A stretch of DNA of 57,115 bases, the filler included, from Dugesia japonica (lineage: Eukaryota): assembly GCA_001938525.1 (NCBI GenBank). It is 6 parts of 6 records of this genome, joined end to end, with 100 filler letters (N's around TTAATTAATTAA, not from the genome) between each part and the next. Parts side by side here need not be neighbours in the genome. Positions count along the whole stretch, not along the records: positions 29,034 to 38,433 come from MQRL01643010.1; positions 38,534 to 47,680 come from MQRL01640604.1; positions 47,781 to 57,115 come from MQRL01488630.1; 3 more parts are not named here. One strand, written 5' to 3'. This document shows positions 37,663 to 49,816 of the stretch, piece by piece. A program made the translations under genes and the position numbers. The stretch's first letter is position 1; each line of letters begins with the position of its first letter. The notes below the pieces were generated by a model that was not told the DNA's origin, did not search any database, and saw only the letters and a list, made by a program, of their open reading frames with translations.

Positions 37663-39004
37663 TATTATAATATTTCAACTAATTATTTCAAAGATAAAAA
37701 CAAATTATTAATCTTTTGCATTGTAAACCCGTTCGCTCCGGCTATTCTTTTTGATAGAAATGCAGAGATATATTAAAAAATAAAGTTTTTCTTTTACAAT
37801 TCTAGAGAACCATTAATGAGAAGTTCTATCTGATACAACATCATCACTATAAACTTCATAATTATTTTAGCAGCCTCTGCTGTATACTTTCTTTGTTTGA
37901 AAGAGAATTACAATTTCATTTTTATTTTCACCCATTTTAATCATGAAATAACTTTTCACTGAATAAACAAATATCAGAATTTTTTCCCCTATATTATTCC
38001 ATTTCAAATTTAAAATAAAATTTAGTAAATGATAAATGATAACTTTCGTAAAAAAGAAATACAACTTTACATTAACCTCTTATCAGAAACGGTGAAAAGT
38101 ATTTAGACTACATATTATTAGCTTTATTAAAATTCTAAATTATATGTAACCAAATTCAATAAAGAATAATTTTCATTTTTCTTTATGTATTCAATTTTAT
38201 AATCATGGAAAATTTAAATTAATTTTTAATAAGCATTATTTTTGTATTCTAATTCACGAAATACATACATATATATGTGTACAATATTAATTTTAATATA
38301 TCACCAGATAAATTTTGAGAATAAAACTTTAATGTTTAACTTTTAATGTTGCTGAAACGTTTTAAGAATAGATTCAGGAAAAATATATTAGTAATACAAA
38401 AACCTTATCAGTAATATTTTTCATAGGAATTGTNNNNNNNNNNNNNNNNNNNNNNNNNNNNNNNNNNNNNNNNNNNNTTAATTAATTAANNNNNNNNNNN
38501 NNNNNNNNNNNNNNNNNNNNNNNNNNNNNNNNNCACCAAATGATGTTATTACAAAGTCGTGAACTTATGTTATAAACTTTTTAAGGCAACTCTGCTCATA
38601 AGAAAGTCGCAATTTTAGCTTATTAAGCGTTTACTTCCTTAAATTATTGTTTAATAGATAATTTACGGCTTCGTCTTAAAGTGTTAACCATAATGAAGAA
38701 ACGATGTTCTTCCAATTTCGAGTTGAAATGGTAATTTTTCTCGGTTTAGTNNNNNNNNNNNGAATGCAGCTCACGTAAAGGACTAAAATGACAAAAAATA
38801 AAATCAACTTCAGTTTCAAAAATAATGAGAAATTTTAAAGAAAATCGCGATTTGTATTTCAACTTTATCTTTTAATTTTTTGTGACTATAATTATCTTTA
38901 TGACAATTATGTTTTATTTCAACCATTGATTAAATTCAAAATCTAAACTAAACGTTAAAAGCGTAAATCAAAGAAATTTTTTTTGATACATCCAAATTTT
39001 CGAC

Positions 39005-41300
39005 AGTAGGTAGACAGTAAGACAATTCAGCACTACCTCCCCCCGGGGAAAGAAAATTTTAGTGGTGTAAGATTTAGTGGGACGATTAAAATAGACAATG
39101 TGTGCATGTGATTATGTAACAGTGATGTAAGAATTATACTTGTATTTAGTGGGGCGATTAACATTCGTAATAGATGTGCATATAATTACATAATTGTGAC
39201 AGTATTCCTACAATTTAATAGGTCGATATGTGTGTTGGTTATGTAATGATTACATAATTCTAACGTAATTGTAGTTTTTGTTTTAATTGATAGATTTTTA
39301 TGATTTTTTGTTTAAATAAAGTGAAATTATTGATTTTCGTTTAAACTAAGTGAAATGAATTATTTCTTGTTTAAATTAAGTGATTTTCATGATTTATTTA
39401 AATTAAGTAAAATTAATAATTTTTTGTTTAAATTAAATAAAACTAATGGTTTTTGTATAAATTAAAAATGGATTTTGTTTAACTATTACTTATAGATATA
39501 TGTATAACTATAATAAATTACGATCTATTTCATTGAAATTTTATATATTTATAATATTTTATTGAAATTTTGTTATACTTGTATCATACAAGTTGTATGA
39601 AAATTACAGTTTACTCATAAAATTTATCTATAGGGTTTATTGAAATTGCTATATTATTTACAAAATTATGTTTACTTATGAAATTTTTGTGCATGAATGA
39701 TTAAAATTTGTATATTAATGATAAAATTTAAGTAGTTTTGTAAATGATTTAATGAAAATAATACATATGAAAATGAAATTAGACAATATTTTTTATTGAA
39801 ACGAGTGAATAAAATGAGTGCATGAGATGAATTAAATTGATTGAATGTTTTCAGTCAGTTGATTTACTGTAATTGGTGAATGAAGTAATTTGCTAATGAA
39901 GTAGAGTGAATTGACTAAGAAAGTGGATAATGCATATTTAATGAATATAATGTACTAAATACATTAAGTGATCAGAGTTGTATAAACTGATTGAATGAAT
40001 TAAGCAGATTAAATGTATGAATCTATTAATTGTTTATATACTTCTACTAATTTTTAGAAATATTTCCCTGATTTCTTATAATTGTTAAATAATTTCTATA
40101 TACTTCTAGTAAATTTATGTTAAATTTCATTGATATCTAGTAATTGTAGTGATAAATTATAATTTTAACGTGTTGACTTTTAAATTTTATGGGATATATG
40201 TTACCTTTTATATATTGGTTTTGATTTGTTGTATGAGAGAATGTAATTTTAGTGTAATATGTTACATTTTTATGTAATGAAGTGTAATTTTAGTGTGATG
40301 GATTATAATTTTCACATGCTGCATGTTAATGTTTATATGTTGACTATTTATTTTTACATGTTGAGTATTAATCTTTATGTGTTGTCTTAGAATTTTATGT
40401 GATGAAATGTAATTTTAGTGTAATGCATTACAATTTTGTATAATTGCTTGTAATTTTAGTGTGATGGATTATAATTCTTATATGTTGGCTTTGGGTTTTT
40501 ACATGCTAACTATTAATTTTTATGTGATGGCATAGAAATTTTAAATGCTGATGTATATATTGCTTGTGATGAAATGTCATTTTTTCATTTTGAATGATGT
40601 ATTTTCAAAAATGAGTCCTATATTTTTCATGTTGTTGTCTCTATTTTATATGATGAATCCGATATTTCGAAGTTTAATATCAACAATAATAGTTGTCACA
40701 AAATACTAGTGTACGCATCATGCAATAATAGTCATACTGATCAATTGGCTAACAAAGTTGTTTGTTGAACCAGAGCGAGTATTATTGAAGTTTGAATCCG
40801 AACAAAAGGAATGCAAGCATGCACTCGAACTAAGGGTCACGAGTCATCAACTTAGACTTTTTATGTGTTGGCTTAGAAGTTTTATGTGTAGACTTAGAAT
40901 TTTGTGTGATGAAATGCAATTTTAGTGCTATGGATTATAATTTCTGTGTTGGTTAGAATGTTTATATGTTGGCTTTAAATTTTTACTTAAGACATTTTAA
41001 GTACTAAATTTTATGTGTGGATTTATAATTTTGTGTGCTTGAATACAATTTTAGCGTGATGGGCAATAATATTAACGTACTGACTTCGAATTTTGACATA
41101 TTGTCTATTAATTTTTGCATGTTAGTATATCAATTTTATGCGTTGGCTTAGACATTTGTATATGATGTTACAATTTAGTGTAATGGATTAAAATTTTAAT
41201 ATGTTTAATTGAAATTGTATTGTGATGATTTTTTATTTTCATATAGCAACTTACAATTTTATGTCCATGACTTATAGAAATTTGATCATATTTGCATGAT
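39005..41300. repeat. AGTAGGTAGA-starting terminus plus TG-skewed degenerate satellite
   Basis: Start resembles 13082. Recurrent AATTTTAGTGTGATGGATTATAATT units at 40.1-41.2 kb. Confidence 0.55.
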
Positions 41301-41940
41301 AGTATGGAATTTGTATGAAAATTTNNNNNNNNNNNNNATATTTATAACATCTGTCTATATTTGTATAAATTCTAAATATTGTTTAGTGTATATCTATTAA
41401 AATTTGTATGTATTGATCATAAAATCTCACAAAATCTTATAAAAATGCTTTAAAATCCATTATAAAACCACATTAAACACCAAAAAACTCAGATAAGATC
41501 AAATAAAACCAAATAGAATCATGTAAGATCCTATAAAAACCCTATAAAACTATGTAAAAAAATTATAACATCCTATAAAACTTCTATAAAATTATTATAT
41601 AGGACTCTATAGAACACTACAAAACCATGGAAAAACTTAAAAATCCTGAAACAGCACTATAAAATTCCAATTTGATTCAATAAAAACATTTGAAACCTTA
41701 GACAACTTTAAAATGTTTTAGTAAACTCTATTAAACACTGTAAACCATTAAAGCCTATACAACATACACAACCTAACAGTCATTAAATCATGTACATGCC
41801 ATCAAACCAATGACTTCTTAATAAGAGTTTATCACCAATACACACGTGTCTTACTTAGCATTTGACTCATAATCAATTTCATAAAATATGATCTGATAAG
41901 TAATAAAATACAGAAAATTAAGAAGTTGATAAATCGTATA

Positions 41941-43727
41941 CATTGGGTTGGTGCATAATGTTTTGCCGAATTTTAAAGAAAAATTACAATCATAATTTTT
42001 ATTTTATATTCAAACAATTATTAATTATATGTTCACAATTGTTTTTAATAATCATTTGCCATCTCTGAGGTAGTTTCAAAAATCCATAATCGTAGAATTT
42101 TTTGGATATGAATAAGAAAAACTAAGGAATTGTTGTTTTACAAGCTTCAAAAGACTCCAGCTGTTTTTCATTAAGATAGCTCTGCATCGATCGAAACAAA
42201 TGATAATCGAAAGGTGCTATATCTAGAAAATATGGAAGGTTTATAAGCAAATCCAATCCGAAGTCATTCAATTATGAAGAGCCCGAAAAGACTTATGTGG
42301 TACTTATGAACTATCATCTTATTTCTATTGTTTAAACCTGAACGTTTTTCTTCAAGAATTACTTTTAGAACATCTAATTGTGCACAGTAGNNNNNNNNNN
42401 NNNNNNNNNNNNNNNNNNNNNNNNNNNNNNNNNNNNNNNNNNNNNNNNNNNNNNNNNAAACACAACATTATCTACTTTTGGTCTAATTCTGCTTTTGGAG
42501 ATGTTACTGATGTTTCAACTTCTTTTCTCCAATGCCGTTTTTGTTGTACATTATTATACATAGTCCATTTTCATGTACTTTTTTAATTCGTTTCAAAACG
42601 GACTCATTTTTGCTGCAATTCAAAAAGAAATGCAAGCAAAAAAAAAANTGCNNNCAATTACCGTATATACTCGCATATAAACCGATCCCACAAATTTGGT
42701 TAAAAACATGTCCAAAATAGATGACCCGCGTATAAGCCGACCTATCTTTTTTAAGTTCGGAAAATTTGGCCACTCCAGTAATGCAAGCGTTTTTTGCTCT
42801 AGGCATTTCTTCTAAATAATTTTTACTTTTCTTCCATTCCATTAATTGCTTTTCATTGTCATCAAATTCACGAACTGCTGCGCAATTGTTGTTAGCTATT
42901 GCAAAATTAACAACTTTTGGTTTAAAAGCAACATCATATGATGACTGCTTCTGTTTAATGGCACCAAAAAGCATTNNNNNNNNNNNNNNNNNNNNNNNNN
43001 NNNNNNNNNNNNNNNNNNNNNNNNNNNNNNNNNNNNNNNNNNNNNNNATATTAATTTACAAAATATCAATTAGTAAATGACACATTACATTTATTATCAA
43101 TTAATTATTGAATCATAGTTATTTTAATTAAAAGTAGGTTCGCATATAAACCGACCCATCAACTTTGAAAAAAAAATTATTGAAAAGTTCTCGGCCTATA
43201 CGCGAGTATATACAGTATGTTTTTTTATTGATAATCTTTCTAACTGTGGTATGGTCTAGACATAAGATAACTCAAATTTCCAATATGATAAGATAAATAG
43301 TGTTTATTTATCAATCAGTGCCTTAATTTTGTCATTATGAACCCTAGATGACATCCAAAAGAAATTCGTTTTAAGAGGCTAATATCTCCATCAAGAAATT
43401 TTGTAAACCATATTCGAATATTCCGTTCTTTAACTGCATCCTTTCTGCGAAGATAGCGTATTTATCTAATCGTTTACGCAGAATTGTTTCCTCTTTTAAA
43501 GCAATGAAGCATAATAGATCGAAAAATCAAATCTTAATCCACCATTTCTAAAATTCATAAAAATTGTAACTTAAAACAAATTTAATATTTTATTAAAGTA
43601 ATATTAATTTTGGATGTATTTTCTATTAGTTTAAATATAGATTTTTGTTGCATGATAAATTACATTCTTTTCATAGTCATGAAATATAATGCTAAAAACC
43701 GACAAAACATTATGCACCAACCCAATA
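41941..43727 (-). mobile_element. Mariner element with both TIRs, decayed, interrupted by a pogo-like element
   Basis: TIRs ATTGGGTTGGTGCATAATGTTTTGCCGA / CCGACAAAACATTATGCACCAACCCAAT; transposase remnants KWTMYNNVQQKRHW and PYFLDIAPFDYHLFRSMQSYL. Confidence 0.9.
42661..43215 (-). mobile_element. Internally deleted pogo/Tc2-like element retaining a Brinker-type DNA-binding domain
   Basis: TIRs CCGTATATACTCGCATATAAACCGA / TCGGCCTATACGCGAGTATATACAG with TA TSD. ORF SYDVAFKPKVVNFAIANNNCAAVREFDDNEKQLMEWKK resembles the POGK-like BrkDBD. Confidence 0.85.
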
Positions 43728-44289
43728 TTTCCAATTTTTATTAAAAAAATTTTAAATAAAAAAATTAGGTCTAAAACCAATTTAAAGCAAGCTTTTATTC
43801 AAATTCTTCAAAATTTTCATCAAATTCTTTCATTCATTTCAATTAATTTTTCAGGAATATCTTCATCAGTAGATTATTCCGTTGGATTTAGTGCATTGCA
43901 TTCTGGGGAGAAATTATAAATTCCTGCTTTTGGAATTCATTTTTAATGAAATTAATAGATATTTCATCCCAATTTCATCTGAACCAATTATAGCTTTTAC
44001 TGTAGTTCGATCTTCTCTGGGTTCCATTTTTAGTAAAAGTATTCATTAGCGTCATACAAGCGTCATACATTAGCGTTATCTATTAAATTGATTTCCATTT
44101 TTTAAAAGGGTTTTTTGAAGGGAATAGTGTTATAGATGTGATTTTAGGGTACTTTGAACACCCCGTAATTCCGTGATTGTAAGTTCAGCTGCCCACAATC
44201 ACGCCAAATGTATGTAAATATTAAGAATATAATCGTAATATGCAATCAAATTGCTAATTTCAGCAAAGAAATTTGTAAATAAAACTCAG

Positions 44290-44640
44290 TAAATAAATAA
44301 CGTAAATAAATAAAAAAAATTAATAAAATAAATAAAATTAATTAAATAAATAAAATAAATAAAAAAATAAAATTAATTAAATAAATAAAATAAATAAAAT
44401 AAATAAAATAAATAAAATAAATNNNNNNNNNNNNNNNNNNNNNNNNNNNNNNNNNNNNNNNNNNNNNNNNNNNNNNNNNNNNNNNNNNNNNNNNNNNNNN
44501 NNNNNNNNNNNNNNNNNNNNNNNNNNNNNNNNNNNNNNNNNNNNNNNNNNNNNNNNNNNNNNNNNNNNNNNNNNNNNNNNNNNNNNNNNNNNNNNNNAAA
44601 TAAATAAAATAAATTAAATAAATAAAATAAATTAAATAAA
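44290..44640. repeat. (AAAT/AAAAT)n simple repeat, intronic
   Basis: Low-complexity array spanning an N gap. Confidence 0.9.
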
Positions 44641-44652
44641 TTTAATAAATAC

Positions 44653-45078
44653 TTTCAAAGACGTATGACATAACCATATGAAGCGCATTTCTCAATTGAA
44701 CTTTACGAACATACATGGCCTCTGTTTGTCTGTTTGTGACATAATATTGCCAGAGCTTACTGGAAACAATATCATGATAACTATTAGCATTGAGTGTTAA
44801 ATTATCGTGATGGAAAACGTTACATTTTGAGTTTGGATTGGTCAATACAGATGAATGATTTCCACCTAAAGTAGCAGCTATATATGCGGCAGCAATCATG
44901 TTGTTTCCAGGATTTGATAATAACGGACAGTTCATAGCAAAGTTTTGCGGAATTTGAGAAGAAAAGGCGGACATGTTTGGAAGAGGTATACTTGATAACA
45001 CACCATTGTTAGTAAAATGAGAATTATTTGGTGAAAAAGAAGTAGACATCGGTTGCTGGTGATGAGAATTAAAATTTC
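44653..45078 (-). CDS. GLD2: Exon of a probable GLD-2/TENT2 cytoplasmic poly(A) polymerase (start of the catalytic region)
   Basis: AG acceptor at 45080-45079, GT donor at 44652-44651. Ends HDIVSSKLWQYYVTNRQTEAMYVRKVQLRNALHMVMSYVFE, the helices that precede the GSS motif in GLD-2. The GSS/DxD exons are not seen. Confidence 0.7.
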
Positions 45079-45122
45079 CTATTAAATATTTATTTATTCA
45101 AACAAAAACTAAAATATATAAC

Positions 45123-46633
45123 CTTCCGAATTAATAAATGCAATATTTGAGCAAGAAATTGGCTGACAAGAACCAGTGGAACCAGATAAATGATTAATTT
45201 CAGAATTTCCTAATTCAGAATGCGAAATAGTTTGACTGACGTTCTTATTGATCAACTTTTTCTTTTTGTTACTATCGCAATCCGTATTATCTATAGTTAC
45301 TGTATTTTTTTCTTCAGATTCAACGACTAGTTTCTCCTTAAAATCCACAGGCTTATTACAGGGTTGAGAAAATTTACTTTCATTGATTAATGACAAATCG
45401 CGATCATTATTTCCCAGTTGGCATTTGGTAATTTCAATAGTATCCTCATTACAATACACAAATTCCTCTTCCTCGACATTCACTATAAATTTTGCAGAAT
45501 CCTTTTTCTGATTTTCAAAAGAATCAATAACAATTTTCTTAAAATTTTGATTTTTCTTTGACTTAGAAATCTCAGAAACACTGCTATTACATTCCGAAAT
45601 TGTCGGTTGATAATTGTTTATTTCCGTAACAGAATGATTTGAATTCAATTTCACACAGCTGTCAGTTCTTTCTATATTCTCTCCGCCATTTGACAATAAA
45701 AGACAATCTTTGGATTTATTGTGAACAGCCGAATCATGATTCTGCAAAATAGCATTCGACGGTTTTGATACTATTCCATTGAATTGAATATAGTTTGAGT
45801 GAACACCTTCATTGTCTAATTTTATATTTTCCATTCCTTTAACATGATGACTTTTACTTGCAGTTTTTGAATTATATTGCAAATCTGATCCTGATAAAGA
45901 CACAGCATTCGCCTCATTATTCGAAGATTTCTTCCATTCGTTATATTTAGAGTTTGAATTGAAGTTGTTATTATTTGGTGATTTAGAGTCTTTATTTTGA
46001 TAGAATGATTGATTTGACGATAACGAACCTGCTGAATTGTCATGAAACAGATGGAAATCATTGTTTACTGATTTATTATTAGCAATAGAGCCAGGAAATG
46101 TTAATAACGGTCCATTTGAATTCAATCCTGATTGATATCTTCGAGAATGATTTGTTTCAGAATTGAAATTGGTATTTGCTCGCGACGAACGATTTGAGTG
46201 CATTGACCGAGAATAATTTGATGAATTCTGATAATGATGATTATTTTGACCTGCAATAAATCGATTATTAGATCCAGAACCAGAATAGGAAGTGTTCATT
46301 GGAAAAATTGAAGAATATTGCTGTGAACTGAAATTTTGATGATTCCCATGATAGTGAGATGAGAATGCATTGCCACTGATAATTGGTGACTGAGAAGAAT
46401 TAGAATGTGTTTGATTATTACTAAGCTGATTAGGAATGAAATGATGTGGAGAATTTAATAAATTTGTTATATGGTTATTAATATTGGATCCATTCAAGAA
46501 TGTATTATTACAATTAGCACTCGAATTATTGCCGGGAGAGCAAAATAAATTATTGACTATATTTGGTGACATAAACCACGAATTTTGATGAGTGTGATGG
46601 TGCTGCTGTTGTGAAAATGCATTGTGATAAGAT
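45123..46633 (-). CDS. GLD2: Large Asn/Ser/His-rich exon of the same gene
   Basis: Open 1.5-kb frame from an AG acceptor (46635-46634). A 44-nt GT-AG intron (45122-45079) joins it in frame to the next exon (…NSE-G-NFNSHHQQPMSTS). The first exon was not located. Confidence 0.7.
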
Positions 46634-47254
46634 CTAAGTTTGAATAGAAAGTTTAAACATTGTACTATTACACTTTTACGAAATTTTATTGAAAATACAC
46701 TTCAAAATAACTTCGTTAATATGAAAAAAACAATATATTCCGAGAATTTTAATTGATAAGAACGAATTTATGTTATTTAAGATAATAGATTAATCTTAAC
46801 TGATTTAATAATTAGGGCAGAAAAGTGACTTAGAAAGACCTATCTAAACATTAATTTTTGGATCCACGGATCTGATTGGCAACGCCTCATGCAACCTACT
46901 TCCAATAATCGCTTAAGTTTCTGCACAAAAATTTTAAAATATTTATAACTGATCTTCAACTAATGTTATGTTTAGCAATATTACTTTGATTACCAATTCA
47001 ACGATGCTCCTTAATTCTTGAATAGAGATGACAGGAAGTCTCTTGAATGTAGGTAACATCACATCAATTACATTTATATTGATAAACAATATTGAAACAC
47101 AATCTAAATGGTATCTTAGAATTATTACTAGACATTTGTATTATTTTTAAGGTTGTGAAAATATTTTATAATTTCAAGAATTACTTTTATAATTTAACAA
47201 CTCACTTTTAAGTTATTTAAACTTTTAAGAATTGTTCAAAAATGGTTTAAGCTT

Positions 47255-47452
47255 ATGGCTTGTTCAATAACTAAACTCTTTGAAAAACAACCAGCAGACA
47301 GAAATCGAAAAGATGAAAATGAATTATTCAAAGTTTTAGAAGTTGTATGGAAAAATTTACAAACAGATTTCTTCATTAACATTGTTGAAAGTATGCCATG
47401 CAGATGCCAACCTTTCGCTGACAATGATGGATTACCAACAAAAAAAATATGA
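47255..47452 (+). mobile_element. Tc1 transposase C-terminal relic
   Basis: ELFKVLEVVWKNL…IVESMPCRCQPFADNDGLPTK resembles Tc1 LVESMPRRCQAVI.A.G.PTKY. Confidence 0.75.
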
Positions 47453-48299
47453 ATTTTTAATAAATTGTTTCAAGTATTTTGTCTTATTTGTGTAGGGATA
47501 GGATTTTTTTGTGCGTTTTGTATATATATATATATATATATTTAAATAACCAAAGAACAATGGCAATCTTTTAATAAAAACTTTTAAACGCCATTTCAAT
47601 ATATACTTCTGCACTACATGTTTCGACAGCATAACTGTCATCTTCGGATACAATAATAATTCTTTTTTTGAAAATTCTTTNNNNNNNNNNNNNNNNNNNN
47701 NNNNNNNNNNNNNNNNNNNNNNNNTTAATTAATTAANNNNNNNNNNNNNNNNNNNNNNNNNNNNNNNNNNNNNNNNNNNNTATTTATTTATTCTCTCTCA
47801 TATTTATAGTTTCCTTTTCCTCTATTTAACCATTGCTTCAAATTTCAATTTTTTTTACATTTCCTTTTGAGTTACAGCTATTCTATACTCGTTCTAGCCC
47901 AAAAAATTACTGGGGTCTCCGAAAATAATTCTGACCCGGAATTTCCTCAATAAAATTCCGTACTTCACTCATTTAATCGTCTGAGTCTCCATATCTATCA
48001 AATTTCTTTAAAATTCAACTTTACTGGTGATCATCGGTCCTGAAAGGGCCCTCAAGTAAGTTATCTATAAATATCCAAAACAGAAAAGAGAGAAGATATA
48101 AGCAAATTGTTAGCATACATAAACACACCATACCATGTTAGCATTAAAGACTCATTTAATAAAATAATTGTCAAATCATAGTTCCTACATTCCAAATCAC
48201 TGTTTACTGTTAGATATCATAATATATTCTATTTGATCACAAAGAATTCCTGGATCGAACAAGAGAATTGTTGTCGAAGTATTTCTCTGCCGGGATACT

Positions 48300-49348
48300 C
48301 AAAATTGATAAACTACTCTGCCGGAGTATACATAATTGATAAATCGCGCTGCCGGGATTGTTGATTGGTAAACTGCTCAGCTGGTTTTGGTGCGTGTGAA
48401 TCATTTGATGAACACTCTGTCGGGGTTGGTTGGACTCGTATAATACTGTTTGGTTGGGCTTGATTGTTTGCTTGCAGGTGGTAATATAGGTTATTTACAC
48501 AGGGATGCAGTGTAGAGCTGCCACAAAAATAGTGTCATTCGAGGAGATTTATCGACCGCAGAATAGATTTTCGTCAGATTCTGAAAAAGGCCATCTGTTT
48601 GTAGGTTCGGGGGTTGGAATTTCTGGAATTCAAAGACTCGTGTTTCACCGTTGTTGAGCTCGTTGTGCTAAATAATTAATTTCCATCGCTATGGGTCTCT
48701 CTGATCGAAACTGATTAAGTCGGATTGGTTCGCCGGGCGGCTTCTTGGCGGCAACATTACTGGAATGGGTGTACTTTAGAGTTTTTCGTATTTACTCCTC
48801 AATTTTCCATACTCATTAGTCAGCTCNACATTCTCGATAATTAGGTTCTCATTTTCTTCTTTCATCTCTTGTTTCTTTTGGTTTAATCGTTCATTTTCCT
48901 GAATCAGATATTTGTTGCTATTTTCCAAGTTTTGGTTTATGATCATTATATCCTCGTGTGCTTCTTTCCATCGTTTACTCTCATGCTTCCAGCTTTCTTT
49001 ATCCCTTATCTCTTTTTGAATACGGTTGAAATGAATTTCTTGAGCATGCAGTCGAGAATTGTTATTTTACTCGATGGTTTTCTCTAACATCTTTGCCTTC
49101 TTTCGATTCTAGTTTAGTTCGGATTGTAATTCGTCAATTGTACTGCTCATTCGCTTTCTCTCTAATGACGTCTCTTTTTTAATCTCTTCTCGGTATTGTA
49201 ATTTAAAATATTTAATTCGGCCCTCTGCTTCATTGATTCGGTCCTTCTGACCCTCAATTATTTTTTCCAACGTTCGTTGCCTTTCTTGGGACTTTGTTAA
49301 TCTCTCTTTTAGTCGGTAAATTTGGTTTTCATAGAATTTTGCTGCCAT
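48300..49348 (-). pseudogene. Coiled-coil accessory ORF of the Gypsy element (decayed)
   Basis: MAAKFYENQIYRLKERL… stays in frame through isolated stops for about 190 aa of E/K/Q/N-rich heptads, then turns Pro-rich (STPIPVMLPPRSRP). Confidence 0.6.
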
Positions 49349-49816
49349 TTCCTGATAATTATAATAAGGTTTTCAAATTGATATTTTAGTGCTCGAAAGT
49401 TAATTCACGTATTTTACTTTTATAAGCTGAGCTAGTTTTAGTTTATTTGTTCATTTATTTTGTTTTATTATGCTTATAATTGTTGTGGTCATATATAATT
49501 TAATCAGCCGGGATGCTCTCTTGGTTCTTTTAGATTAACAATCAATTGGGTTTCGCTAGGGTTTATTACTTGGATAATAACATTTGACTTCGACTTTTTC
49601 TTCAGATCTGCATTCAAAATTACTTCTTGTTTACTTCGTGTTACTGCACTCTTCCTCATAACATACTTCAACGTTACTCAAAATTTATTCTACTCGGCTT
49701 CATCAATCGTGTTCGGCTCCTGTGATCCATAATTTTGGTCATACTATTATTATTACTAGATACTCTAATATTACATTTCGAGTGTTTCAAGCTATTTACA
49801 CAATTTTCACTTCTCT

